Shown piece by piece: positions 26,368 to 35,956 of a DNA stretch of 64,000 bases. A program made the position numbers and the translations under genes. The notes under the pieces are model-generated. The model saw nothing but the letters and a program-made list of their open reading frames with translations, searched no databases and was not told the origin of the DNA. This DNA comes from Terracidiphilus sp. (GTDB taxonomy: Bacteria; Acidobacteriota; Terriglobia; Terriglobales; Acidobacteriaceae), in NCBI GenBank assembly GCA_049520855.1, contig JBEKPI010000001.1:9625-73624 (forward strand), written 5' to 3'. The first letter of the stretch is position 1. Each line of letters begins with the position of its first letter.

Positions 26368-28701
26368 CTAACCGAGTCCTTGCAGAGCAGTCCGCGCGTT
26401 CTTTGCATCCGGCGAGTCGGGCGCCAGAGAAATGGCCTTCTTCAAATGAGTTGCGGCATTGACCTTATCCCCCAGTTTGCCGAACACCATTCCCAGGTGA
26501 TACTCCATAGCAGAGCTGTTCGGATCGGTCTTGACCGCGTCTTCCAGAAGATCGCGGGCAAATCCGTAAGTTCCCTTGTAATAGTAAGCCCACGCCAGGG
26601 TGTCCGCGGTGATCGGTGAAGCCGGCATGGCCTTCCGCGCAGTCTGGGCCAGCGTCAAAGCCACATCAACGTTTTCGCCATTCTGAAGCATCATATAGGC
26701 AAGATTGTTGGCTGCAATGGGCTGCGCCGGCTGGATTTGAAGAGCCTTCTTGTAGTAGTCCTCAGCCTTCTGCTTATCGCCAACCGACTCCTCGAGGGTT
26801 CCGAGAATGGCAAAGGCCGTGGCACTGGCGGGATGATCCTTGGACCACAACTGCCATGCGGCGATTGCACTTGCGGCCTGTCCGCGCTGCACCTGAATCT
26901 GCGCGTAGATGGCAACCGCCTCGCCGTCGTCGGGGTTCATCTCTATGGCTTTCTGCGCGGCGCCGGCCGCCTGATCGAAGTTCTTGCTTCGGGCCTGCAA
27001 CTGAGCCAGCATGTCGTAAAATCCGCTGTTCTTCGGACTCTTGGCGATTTGCGCGTTCAGGCGATCCAAGGCCTGGGCCGGTTGCTTGATTGAGAGATCA
27101 TAGCCAATCAGTTCGCGCATGGCGCCAATCGAATTGGGGTCATATTGCAGAGCCTGCTCCAGCAGCGACGTGCCTTCAGGGTATTTCTTTTGCGCGTAGC
27201 GAAGTTGGCCGAGCATCTGATAAGCCTGCGAGCTTGGCGGCGTGGCGCCGATTGCAGTCTTCAGGTCGGCCTCCGCTTTGTCCTGTTCGTTACGCGACAA
27301 CTCCACTGCAGCGCGCCATACATAACCGCTGGGGTAACGAGGCGCGGCGGCAATTGTCTTGTCCGCCACATCGGACAGCAACGTCATATTGCCATGCTGG
27401 CTTGCCATGCGCGCAAGCTCCTCCTCCGCTTCCAATCCGGGCGGATTGAGTTGCGCCGCCTGACGAAGACTCGTTTCGGCCAGACCGCTATCGCCCTTGG
27501 CGAGCGCGGCCTTGCCCAGCCAAAATTGGATGAAAGCGTCCTTCGGGGCATCGTTGGCCGCACCCCGAAGGGCATTGATCGCATCGTCAGGCTTGCCGTT
27601 GTTGAGCAAAACAATTCCGTTCAGCACGGCGACCTGGGGATCCTTGCTATTCTTCTTCATCAGCTCGGAGACAACGCTTTGGGCGGTCCCATAATCCTTG
27701 ACCTGAAGAAGAACACGGACGTATCCCTCCCGCACAGACAGATTCTTGGGATACTGCTGAGAAAGTCTTGCAAACTCCGCCTTGGCCTTGTCGATCTGCC
27801 CCGAGCTATCGTAGTAGTCCGCCAGCAGCCGCACTCCCCGAGGATCGTCCGCGAGATCGTTTGAAGCCTGGCGAAGCACTTCCTCAGCCCTTGCCTGATT
27901 GCCTTGCCTCAAAACAACCTGAGCAAGAGTCTCCCTGGCGCTCAGATTCTTTCGATCCGTAGCGACAGCACTCCAGCATATCTGCTCGGCATCCTGCAAA
28001 CGGCCGCTCTTGATATAGAAAGCGGCGAGCAACAGCTTGGCGTTCACGGATTTTGGCTCGAGTGCGACCGACTTCTTCAATTCGCTCTCAACCATAGAAC
28101 TATTCGCCGGATCGCCCATTTCAAGCAATGCAAGAGTCTCGTGAAGATCCGCCTTGTCGGGGGCGAGTTCCAGCGCGCGATGAATCTCAGTCAGGGCCAG
28201 ATCCTGTTGTCCCCGCCTGGCCGCAATGCGCGAAAGCAACGAGTGAATATCGGCGTTGTTAGGCTGTGCCGCCAATACCGTGGCGGCCTGCGCCTGCGCC
28301 TCGTCGATCTTGCCCCCGGCAAGGAGCAAGTTTCCCAGATCGGTCCGCGCTTTGTAGTTCTCCGGCTGCAGGTACACCGTTCGTTGCAGTTCGCCGTAAG
28401 CGGCGCTCATCGCACCCATATGGAGATAAGTCTGCGACAGGGCGTAATGCGCATCGGCAAAGTTCTTGTCAATCTTCAAGGCGTTGGAAAACTGAATGGC
28501 AGCTTCCCTGTCCTTGCCAAGAGCGCTATACTTCTGGCCGCTTTCCAGATATTTATGCTTTCGGACGTTTGGATCGCGGAAGCATCCGGACAATATGGAA
28601 AGCGACAAAAAGAGAGTAACCACTGCAAGAGCAGCGCGGCCGTTCCGCGATCTCCTACTGCCATCGAAGCCGGATTGAAATGCCTTGAATCTGCTTTCCA
28701 T
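26368..28701 (-). CDS. TPR-repeat lipoprotein (PrsT-like, PEP-CTERM system)
   Basis: Lipobox LSGC after a hydrophobic stretch; many TPR units; C-terminal AANNLAY, ADTLAWAYY, YHLGM. Confidence 0.8.
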   Translation of the reverse strand: MESRFKAFQSGFDGSRRSRNGRAALAVVTLFLSLSILSGCFRDPNVRKHKYLESGQKYSALGKDREAAIQFSNALKIDKNFADAHYALSQTYLHMGAMSAAYGELQRTVYLQPENYKARTDLGNLLLAGGKIDEAQAQAATVLAAQPNNADIHSLLSRIAARRGQQDLALTEIHRALELAPDKADLHETLALLEMGDPANSSMVESELKKSVALEPKSVNAKLLLAAFYIKSGRLQDAEQICWSAVATDRKNLSARETLAQVVLRQGNQARAEEVLRQASNDLADDPRGVRLLADYYDSSGQIDKAKAEFARLSQQYPKNLSVREGYVRVLLQVKDYGTAQSVVSELMKKNSKDPQVAVLNGIVLLNNGKPDDAINALRGAANDAPKDAFIQFWLGKAALAKGDSGLAETSLRQAAQLNPPGLEAEEELARMASQHGNMTLLSDVADKTIAAAPRYPSGYVWRAAVELSRNEQDKAEADLKTAIGATPPSSQAYQMLGQLRYAQKKYPEGTSLLEQALQYDPNSIGAMRELIGYDLSIKQPAQALDRLNAQIAKSPKNSGFYDMLAQLQARSKNFDQAAGAAQKAIEMNPDDGEAVAIYAQIQVQRGQAASAIAAWQLWSKDHPASATAFAILGTLEESVGDKQKAEDYYKKALQIQPAQPIAANNLAYMMLQNGENVDVALTLAQTARKAMPASPITADTLAWAYYYKGTYGFARDLLEDAVKTDPNSSAMEYHLGMVFGKLGDKVNAATHLKKAISLAPDSPDAKNARTALQGLG

Positions 28702-28793
28702 CGTCGTCCATCCTTTCAGCTTGTCACTCGAGCGGCTACCATTTGAAGCCGCTGGCTTAGCCACGCCGCCGTTCCCTGCTCCATTCATGGCGC

Positions 28794-29435
28794 TCAGTCA
28801 GGGACAAATCGCGGCAGCAAGGGCGCAAGTTGCCCGGTGAATGTCTCGGCGCGTTTTCTAGCGGTCTCCACGTCATCGCTTGAAGAGATCGGCGTAATCA
28901 CCCGGACAAGCGCCGCATCCGTTCGATTCAGCCGAATTGCATCAGCGACCATGTATATCTTTGCCATATATTCGTTTGCCACGCTACGCCCGTGCGCCTG
29001 GTACCAGTAGATAACGAACTGCCTCGCATCGCCGTTAGCAATAATGTATTCTCCGACACGGTGGGGCCTGCCATTTACGTCAATCAGATTGACGTATTTA
29101 GAAGACTCAAAGACCCAACCGGCTCCTGGCAAGCAATGCTTAGGAGAATGAATGGTTTGGCCGGTCCTCTGGGTGGGAAAATAGGCGATGAACAGACTGA
29201 TCGGCAATGCCTGTGAGCCTTGGGTATAAATCCGCGAAAGAAAGTCTCCAGCCCCAAGAACATCAAGGGTCTGCTGGTCGAGTTGCTGATCGCTTCCAAT
29301 CCGTCCCGCTATCTCGCTCGGAAACTGCGACAAGGCCTCGCTTGGGGGATTCCGATCGGCATTGGGGCGCGAATGAAGCAGGATCACTGTTCCGGCAAGC
29401 AGCAGGACCGAAGCCCAAAAGCGAAGGTTCTTCAT
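28794..29435 (-). CDS. epsI: EpsI family exosortase-associated protein
   Basis: IHSPKHCLPGAGW, YWYQAHGR, DAALVRV; ATGA overlap with the exosortase. Confidence 0.88.
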   Translation of the reverse strand: MKNLRFWASVLLLAGTVILLHSRPNADRNPPSEALSQFPSEIAGRIGSDQQLDQQTLDVLGAGDFLSRIYTQGSQALPISLFIAYFPTQRTGQTIHSPKHCLPGAGWVFESSKYVNLIDVNGRPHRVGEYIIANGDARQFVIYWYQAHGRSVANEYMAKIYMVADAIRLNRTDAALVRVITPISSSDDVETARKRAETFTGQLAPLLPRFVPD

Positions 29436-30319
29436 GTCTGCCGCCTTTTGACCGGGAATAAACCCATTGTGCGGTGGACGAGATAAAGGCACCCTAGAGA
29501 AACCAAAAAGATGACCCAACCGGAGAACTCATGAAAAAAGCCCAGGGCTTTGTCTGGATCCCAGTACTGGACGCACAATCCGGTGCCGAGAATACGCACC
29601 GCGTTGGCTGCAATCGCGATCGGAATGCTGGCCAGAACGAGCAAGATTCTCCGCAAGACGGACTTTTCCATGAAGTACCCATAAAAGACCGACAGCGTGA
29701 ACAGGCTCATCAAGGAGCGGATGCCGCTGCAGGCCTCTGCCACCTCCAGCTTCATCAAGGGAAGCTGGATGACATTGCCATCCCGCAGAACCGGCACGCC
29801 GAAGAGAGGAAGCAGGTCGCTGGCCAGCTTTGAAGCCAGGATCTGCAGCGGAAAGGTTATCTGGTTAAAGATTATTTCCGGAAGCGGAATCGCCAGCAAC
29901 AAGACCGCCAGGGCGAAGCGCAACTCCTTCAGCAACTGCCATCCGCCGAAGCAAAGCACCAGGCCGGCCAGCAGGATGAGCAGAGAGACACGGGAGAGAA
30001 AGAGCTCGGATCCGTAGACCCCAAGGAGGAGGACGACAAGCGCGAAGGCCATAACGGCAATTCCGCTCCAGGCAGGGGCGATGATCGTCCCGAGAAGGAT
30101 GCTTTTCTTATCCCACACCAAATACGCGGCAAACAGGGGCACCAGGAAGCCGTGAGAGTAATCGGGTATCTGCCACCAGTCGGTAGCCAGTTTCCCCAGC
30201 ACCTGATAATAAACCGCCGCCACCAGCAGGCAGATCGTTGCCGAACCCAATAGAAACTGAGCGTTGGATAAGGGCCAGGAGCCTTGGGGCGCCGCAGAAG
30301 TCTGTATGTCTTGAGCCAT
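29432..30319 (-). CDS. Exosortase (EpsH/XrtA family)
   Basis: DYSHGFLVP, EVAEACSGIRS (catalytic Cys), ANAVRI (Arg), FHEFSGW (His). Confidence 0.93.
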   Translation of the reverse strand: MAQDIQTSAAPQGSWPLSNAQFLLGSATICLLVAAVYYQVLGKLATDWWQIPDYSHGFLVPLFAAYLVWDKKSILLGTIIAPAWSGIAVMAFALVVLLLGVYGSELFLSRVSLLILLAGLVLCFGGWQLLKELRFALAVLLLAIPLPEIIFNQITFPLQILASKLASDLLPLFGVPVLRDGNVIQLPLMKLEVAEACSGIRSLMSLFTLSVFYGYFMEKSVLRRILLVLASIPIAIAANAVRILGTGLCVQYWDPDKALGFFHEFSGWVIFLVSLGCLYLVHRTMGLFPVKRRQT

Positions 30320-30369
30320 TTTCTCCGTGATTGGATCCTCGATGATATCGATTCGCTCTTTCTCATACT

Positions 30370-30385
30370 AGCAATCGGAGTGCCG
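30370..30385 (-). promoter_or_regulatory. sigma54 promoter of the exosortase-epsI-TPR operon
   Basis: Minus strand CGGCACTCCGATTGCT, near consensus, 50 bp upstream of the start codon. Confidence 0.75.
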
Positions 30386-30434
30386 AAAGTGAAAGAATTC
30401 GATTCAGGGGAACTCCCCACGCATCTCCTTTCGT

Positions 30435-30476
30435 TGGGAAACCAACTTCCGGTGGTAGTGGAAAACGCTTTCCACT
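30435..30476. promoter_or_regulatory. Tandem GGAA-N6-TTCC palindromes, candidate activator sites
   Basis: GGAAACCAACTTCC (30437-30450) and AGTGGAAA-ACGC-TTTCCACT (30457-30476), centres 23 bp apart. Confidence 0.5.
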
Positions 30477-30613
30477 TTTCAGGACATTCGATGGCATACT
30501 TTTGCCCAATGGAAGGGAACATATCTGCTTTTCCCTTATCATCTCCCGTAGAGAAACGTCCAAAGGTGCCTATCTTCTACAGATAGCCGCCTTCTAGATC
30601 AGTCCCCCCGGTT

Positions 30614-30629
30614 TGGAACCTGCATTGCT
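30614..30629 (+). promoter_or_regulatory. sigma54 promoter of the rightward EPS export operon
   Basis: TGGAACCTGCATTGCT, 26 bp before ATG 30656. Confidence 0.7.
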
Positions 30630-30655
30630 ATGGAAGGGTGGTACCCTGGCCCCTT

Positions 30656-31573
30656 ATGGGAAGCATAGCAACCATCCACAACGCGAAACGGCAGGCCAAA
30701 CAGAACCCCCCTATTGAGGCGAGGCTGCAGCGTGCGATTTTGCGGATAGCCGAGAGCGAATGTCCGGTCTTGATCTTGGGCGAACATGGCGCCGGGAAGC
30801 GATTCGTTGCCGGACAAATCCATGCACAGTCGTCTCTGTCCCGCTGCGAGTTCAAGGAGATCTGTTGCAGCGATGTCGACGCACAGGCACTACAGGCCGC
30901 TCTTTCTACCCATGGAACCGTCTATCTGGTTGAAATCACCGATCTTAGCCTTTTCATGCAAGAATTCCTCCTCAACACATACTTTCGCTCGGATCAGCCG
31001 CAAACCTGCCGTCTCCTTTGTGGTTCGAGCCGCGAACTTCTGGAGGAAGTCAAGTCGTGGCGGATGAGAGAAGATTTCTTCTACTTTGTCTCAGCCGTTA
31101 CGCTTCGGATTCCCCCACTACGGTATCGGAAGTCCGAGATTCTCTCCATAGCAGATGAGCTTTTGACCCGGTACTCCAAGCAGTTCGACCGCCCCAAGCC
31201 GGTGCTTTGCAAGGAAAGCATCGAACACCTGATGGAGCACGCATGGCCCGGCAATCTGTCGGAACTTGAGACCGCGATCAAGACGTTCGTCGCCATTGGG
31301 GACCAGGCGATTTCTCTCGCCGCGATTAAAGCGGCGTCGCCATCGGGGAGGTCAAATGGGAGCCGCCGGCATATGCTCTTGAAGGAAGCCACGCGGGCCT
31401 CATCGATCCAGATCGAACGCCAGCTGATCTCCGAGGTTCTGGTTTCGACCGGCGGCAACCGGAAACGCGCCGCTGTCGACCTTGGCATCAGCTACAAGGC
31501 CCTGCTGTACAAACTGAAGCAGATCGAAACGGAAAACCAATCCGTGTCCTCGAAGAATGGAGTCGCAGTATGA
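30656..31573 (+). CDS. Degenerate sigma54-activator-like protein (AAA+ remnant plus Fis-type HTH)
   Basis: GEHGAGK Walker A kept; GAFTGA loop absent; Walker B YLVE; EDFFYFVS; WPGNLSEL; HTH NRKRAAVDLGISYKALLYKL. Confidence 0.8.
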   Translation: MGSIATIHNAKRQAKQNPPIEARLQRAILRIAESECPVLILGEHGAGKRFVAGQIHAQSSLSRCEFKEICCSDVDAQALQAALSTHGTVYLVEITDLSLFMQEFLLNTYFRSDQPQTCRLLCGSSRELLEEVKSWRMREDFFYFVSAVTLRIPPLRYRKSEILSIADELLTRYSKQFDRPKPVLCKESIEHLMEHAWPGNLSELETAIKTFVAIGDQAISLAAIKAASPSGRSNGSRRHMLLKEATRASSIQIERQLISEVLVSTGGNRKRAAVDLGISYKALLYKLKQIETENQSVSSKNGVAV

Positions 31574-32217
31574 AACCAAGAAGCCTCTTCATTGTGGCAC
31601 TACTTGCTCCAGCGCTCTTCTGCCACGCTCAAGACAAGGCGCCCGCCAATCAGCCGGCTGCACAAAGCACGGTCAAACCGGCTTCGGCGGGCACATCCAC
31701 GCCGGCCGCGCAGGACGCGGGCAAGCCGGCTCTGGCGGAAAGCTATGTCATCGGCGCGTCCGATGTTCTTGCGATCACTGTATTCAAAGAGCCTACCCTG
31801 TCGGGCAGCCTTCTTGTCCGGCCTGACGGCATGATCTCGATGCCGCTTCTCGGCGATGTCGAAGCCTCCGGCAAGACGCCCCTGCAATTGGCAGAGGAAG
31901 TTACGACCAAGCTGAAGAAGTACATACAGGATCCTAATGTCTCTGTCGTGCTGAGTCAGATCAACAGCAAGAAAGTTTTCCTGATTGGCGAAATCGCCAA
32001 GACGGGACCTGTGGACTTGACTCCCGGTATGACCTTGTTAGAGGCAATTGCCGCCGGCGGCGGGCTGACGCAATTCGCCAACTCGAGGAAGATGTACATT
32101 CTGCGCAACGAAAGCGGCAATCATCTGAAGATTCCCTTGCAATACAAGCAAGCACTGGATGGCTATGACGCCTTCAATCTCACTCTGAAACCGGGCGATA
32201 CGATTGTCGTTCCGTAG
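31570..32217 (+). CDS. Polysaccharide export protein (Wza/EpsE-like, SLBB)
   Basis: YVIGASDVLAITVF, VRPDGMISMPLLGDV, LKPGDTIVVP; signal peptide. Confidence 0.9.
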   Translation: MKPRSLFIVALLAPALFCHAQDKAPANQPAAQSTVKPASAGTSTPAAQDAGKPALAESYVIGASDVLAITVFKEPTLSGSLLVRPDGMISMPLLGDVEASGKTPLQLAEEVTTKLKKYIQDPNVSVVLSQINSKKVFLIGEIAKTGPVDLTPGMTLLEAIAAGGGLTQFANSRKMYILRNESGNHLKIPLQYKQALDGYDAFNLTLKPGDTIVVP

Positions 32218-32227
32218 GGCTGGCCAA

Positions 32228-33460
32228 ATGAAACCGAGTTACACGCTCCTGGCAATGCTCTTCGCCGTCAGTGCCGCGGCAAGAGCGCAGGTTGAACCCG
32301 CGGCGACCGACGCAGCAGCGCTGCTGGCCGGCGGCACATTGCACTACGATCTGCGCTATTCGCAAACCGCACAGTTCTACGGCGGGCCCGAGGGCGACTT
32401 GCAGCGGAGCGTCGTGTCCGGAGAGGTGGCCTATTCAGGTTCCAAGGAAGCCCTCCCGTTCAATTTGACCTATTCAGGCGGCGATATGTGGACCATTTCC
32501 GGCACGTCCGAGGGATCTGGGGTGTTTCAGCATCTCTTGGTATCGCAAGGCTTTCTTAGGCGCAAGTGGTCGTTCACCGTCAGCGACAATGTGAGCTATC
32601 TTCCGCAGGCGGCGACGACGGGATTCTCGGGAATTCCTGGAGTGGGAATTCTGCCTGGATCGCCCGGCGAGCCGACTCAGCCGATCCTGACGCTGAACAC
32701 GCGGAGCATCAACAACGCAGTGAGCCCGGATTTCACCTATAACCTGGACTACGCAACCAAGGTCAGCATCGGCGGCAGCTACGGAATTCTGCGATTCCCG
32801 GACGGCAACGGCCTGGAAGTCGATTCGATGCAGGTGGCCCCACAAGTCGAAAGGCGACTGGACGCACTCAACTCGCTTACGGGTCAATACGTCTTTTCCC
32901 GCTTTACCTATACTCAATTTGCGTTCGCCATGGAAACTCAATCCGCGCTTTTCGGCTACCAGCGCACTTGGAGCCGGCGGTTCAAGACGACCTTCGCCCT
33001 CGGGCCGGAGTGGGTCCGCAGTTCCGACAGCGCGGCAATTCCCTCATCGACTCATCTCACAGCGAATGCGAATGCCAGCTACGAGGCCAGGTCGACGACG
33101 GTCACGCTTTCCTACTCACAAGCATCCACTGGGGGCGCGGGGGTGACTACGGAGCCCGGAACGCACATCCAGGATGTCAACGGGGCGTTCTCGCGGCAGT
33201 TCGGAAGGAATCTGACGATAACCGCTACCGGCACGTACATGCGCACACAGGGATTGCTAAACGGTGGTTCCATCAACGGAGTGTTTGGCGGTGTGGCGGC
33301 AACGCGCCAGCTCGGCCGGTACATCTCCGTATTCGCGAACTACACGGCAATCAAACAGTCGTCGAGCGCCGCGCTTCCAACGAATGCCATCAGTGGATTA
33401 TCGCAGGTGGCCGCTTTCGGAGTCGGTTACTCTCCGCGCGAAATTCACCTCAAGAAGTAA
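32228..33460 (+). CDS. Putative outer-membrane beta-barrel protein of the EPS locus
   Basis: Signal peptide, alternating Ser/Thr/Tyr/Gly beta-strand pattern, position after the export gene. Confidence 0.6.
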   Translation: MKPSYTLLAMLFAVSAAARAQVEPAATDAAALLAGGTLHYDLRYSQTAQFYGGPEGDLQRSVVSGEVAYSGSKEALPFNLTYSGGDMWTISGTSEGSGVFQHLLVSQGFLRRKWSFTVSDNVSYLPQAATTGFSGIPGVGILPGSPGEPTQPILTLNTRSINNAVSPDFTYNLDYATKVSIGGSYGILRFPDGNGLEVDSMQVAPQVERRLDALNSLTGQYVFSRFTYTQFAFAMETQSALFGYQRTWSRRFKTTFALGPEWVRSSDSAAIPSSTHLTANANASYEARSTTVTLSYSQASTGGAGVTTEPGTHIQDVNGAFSRQFGRNLTITATGTYMRTQGLLNGGSINGVFGGVAATRQLGRYISVFANYTAIKQSSSAALPTNAISGLSQVAAFGVGYSPREIHLKK

Positions 33461-33476
33461 CTAATCAAGGAGGCCT

Positions 33477-35021
33477 ATGCTCGGGCATCGGGAACTGACA
33501 ATGCAGGACTACGCAGGGATGTTGAAGCGGCGATTCCGGCTGATTTTAGCTTCCACGGTTCTGCTCCTGGGGATCGGTTTCGGAATCACATTCATCATCC
33601 CCCCGCAGTACACCTCGCAGACGCTGGTGCTCATCGAGCAGCAAAAGGTTCCCGAGGACTATGTCAAACCCGTTGTCGATGAAGATCTGGGCGCGCGTTT
33701 GGCGTCGATGAAGGAACAGATCATGAGCCGCTCGCGCATACAACCGATCATCGAGCGATTTGGCCTGTACCCCGGCGGCAAATACACAATGGACGACCGC
33801 ATCCAGTTGACGCAGAAGGCGATTGGGATCAACCCGATCCGCTCGGACCAGTCCCATGGGATGCCAGGCTTTTTTATCTCGTTCAAGGCGCAGGACGCGC
33901 ATACTGCCCAGCAGGTGTGCGGCGAGATCACATCGCTCTTTGTCAGCGCGAATCTCACTGCGCGCGAGGATTCGGCAGAAGGCACGACCGACTTCTTGAA
34001 GCAGCAGCTTGAGGACTCAAAAAGAAACCTCGACGAACAGGACGCAAAACTTGCCGCCTTTGAGCAAAGGAATATCGGCAAGCTTCCGGGGCAGACACTT
34101 CATCTCGGGGACATGGCCCTTGCCATGGGCAGCCCAAACGAAAGTACGCTTCAGGCGCTCACCTCCCAGCTGGACGCGACGACCCAGGCGCTGAATCGCT
34201 TACAAGAAAACGATACCCTTCTTAAAGCTGTGATTTCCCAGCAGACGCAGGTTTCATCAAGCGTGGACCCGGCCTCGGGGACATCCGAGGATGCCCTGAA
34301 AACCGAGCTCAAGGATGCACTCCAGCAGCAACAGCAATTGGAAACTCAGTACACGCCGGATTATCCGGACGTGGTTGCCATCAAGCGCAAGATTGCCGGC
34401 CTGCGGGCAGAGATCGCTCACGCTTCGGTCGAACCCGTGAAGGGATCGGCCCCGGTCAGTAATCACGACTCGGTGCAGCTTCTGGAACTCAAAGCCCGGC
34501 TTCACGCGGGGAGTGAGGCCATGACCGAAGCCAAGCAGAAACAGGCTCAACTCGAACAGCAGATTCGCAGCTACGAGGCGAAGATCGAGGCCAGCCCCCT
34601 GGTCGAGGAAGAGTACAAGCAGGTCACCCGCGATCATGAGACGGCTTTGCAGTTCTACAACACTCTGCTGACCAAGATGAATGAATCGTCCATGGCAACC
34701 GCTCTGGAACACCGCCAGCAGGGCGAACAGTTCCGCGTAATGGACGCTCCAAACCTCCCGGACGAGCCCACCTTCCCGAACCGTCTCATATTCTCCGGTG
34801 GCGGCTTAGCATCCGGCCTTATTCTGGGCCTGCTTCTTGCCGCGTTGCTGGAGTATCGCGATACTTCCGTGCGCAACGAGAGGGACATTTGGGCTTTTAC
34901 CAAGCTGCCGACGCTGGCCGTCGTCTCCTACATCGCCGATTTAGGCGCCCCCCGCGAAGCCCGAAAGCGCGGGAGACTCTTCTCTCGATTCACAAAACCC
35001 ATTGAAAGCGCGCGCGGATAA
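33477..35021 (+). CDS. Polysaccharide chain-length determinant / co-polymerase (Wzc N-terminal-like)
   Basis: Two TM segments flanking coiled coils; YTPDYPDV; EQFRVMDAPNLPDEP. Confidence 0.88.
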   Translation: MLGHRELTMQDYAGMLKRRFRLILASTVLLLGIGFGITFIIPPQYTSQTLVLIEQQKVPEDYVKPVVDEDLGARLASMKEQIMSRSRIQPIIERFGLYPGGKYTMDDRIQLTQKAIGINPIRSDQSHGMPGFFISFKAQDAHTAQQVCGEITSLFVSANLTAREDSAEGTTDFLKQQLEDSKRNLDEQDAKLAAFEQRNIGKLPGQTLHLGDMALAMGSPNESTLQALTSQLDATTQALNRLQENDTLLKAVISQQTQVSSSVDPASGTSEDALKTELKDALQQQQQLETQYTPDYPDVVAIKRKIAGLRAEIAHASVEPVKGSAPVSNHDSVQLLELKARLHAGSEAMTEAKQKQAQLEQQIRSYEAKIEASPLVEEEYKQVTRDHETALQFYNTLLTKMNESSMATALEHRQQGEQFRVMDAPNLPDEPTFPNRLIFSGGGLASGLILGLLLAALLEYRDTSVRNERDIWAFTKLPTLAVVSYIADLGAPREARKRGRLFSRFTKPIESARG

Positions 35022-35023
35022 CT

Positions 35024-35956
35024 ATGTACAGATCCTTTTTTGGCCTTCGCGCCCTTCCTTTCGGAGCCAGTCCAGATCCGCGGTTTCTCTTTCTGAGGCC
35101 GCAGATCAGAGAGGCGCTTGCCTGCCTGCAATACGGCATCGCGGCGCGCAAGGGATTTGTGGTAATGACGGGAGAGGTAGGAACAGGAAAGACGACCCTT
35201 CTTAAGACCGTCCTGGGCACCTTCGCCAAGGGACGCATTGCGACGGCCTTCGTCTTCAATCCTCGGCTCGATGTACTCGATTTTTTTGAGTTCGTGCTCA
35301 CGGACTTTGGCATTCCGCCCAAGACGCGGACCAAGTCGGGCATGCTGTTGCAGTTGAATAGCTGGCTCATCGAGCGCTATCGAGCTCAGCAGTTGACCGC
35401 CATCGTGGTCGATGAAGCGCAGAATCTCTCCTGGGAACTTCTCGAAGAGATTCGCTTGCTGACCAATCTCGAAACCTCATCCGAGAGGCTGGTGCAGATT
35501 GTCCTTTCAGGCCAGCCCGAGCTCGAGGAGAGACTTCACCACCCCAGCGTTCGCCAGCTTCGCCAGCGCATTTCTCTGTGGTGCAAGACGCAGCCGTTGA
35601 GCGCCGAAGAGACGCAGGCCTACATTGCCGAGAGATTGCGCATCGCCGGAGCAAGCCAGCCGGTTCTGCTGCCCGAAGCGGCCGAGCTTGTCCATTTCTA
35701 CTCGAAAGGCATTCCCCGCATCGTCAATCTGATATGCGAACATGCCTTGATCAGCGCTTATGCGGAACAGATCAGGCCGATTCCAGCGTATATCGTTGAG
35801 TCGGTCGGCCTGGAACTCGACCTCGTCCAGCATCCTTTCACAATCTCGCCATCGGCTATGCAGGGTTTAATGGAGCGTAATCGTCATGCAAACGTGCCCG
35901 ACGCCGCTTCCTCCACCATCGAGCACGCCGATTCACTGAAGGAACGTGAAATATGA
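35024..35956 (+). CDS. ExeA-like AAA ATPase (PEP-CTERM locus type)
   Basis: GEVGTGKTT, VVDEAQNL, LSGQPEL, GIPRIVNLICEHAL. Confidence 0.88.
   Translation: MYRSFFGLRALPFGASPDPRFLFLRPQIREALACLQYGIAARKGFVVMTGEVGTGKTTLLKTVLGTFAKGRIATAFVFNPRLDVLDFFEFVLTDFGIPPKTRTKSGMLLQLNSWLIERYRAQQLTAIVVDEAQNLSWELLEEIRLLTNLETSSERLVQIVLSGQPELEERLHHPSVRQLRQRISLWCKTQPLSAEETQAYIAERLRIAGASQPVLLPEAAELVHFYSKGIPRIVNLICEHALISAYAEQIRPIPAYIVESVGLELDLVQHPFTISPSAMQGLMERNRHANVPDAASSTIEHADSLKEREI

Noticed and set aside
30492-30506. sigma54-like TGGCAT...TTGC here, and similar at 48786-48800 and 59761-59775 (minus)
   Set aside because: GG-to-GC spacing is 9, not the required 10; treated as possible palindromic activator sites instead.
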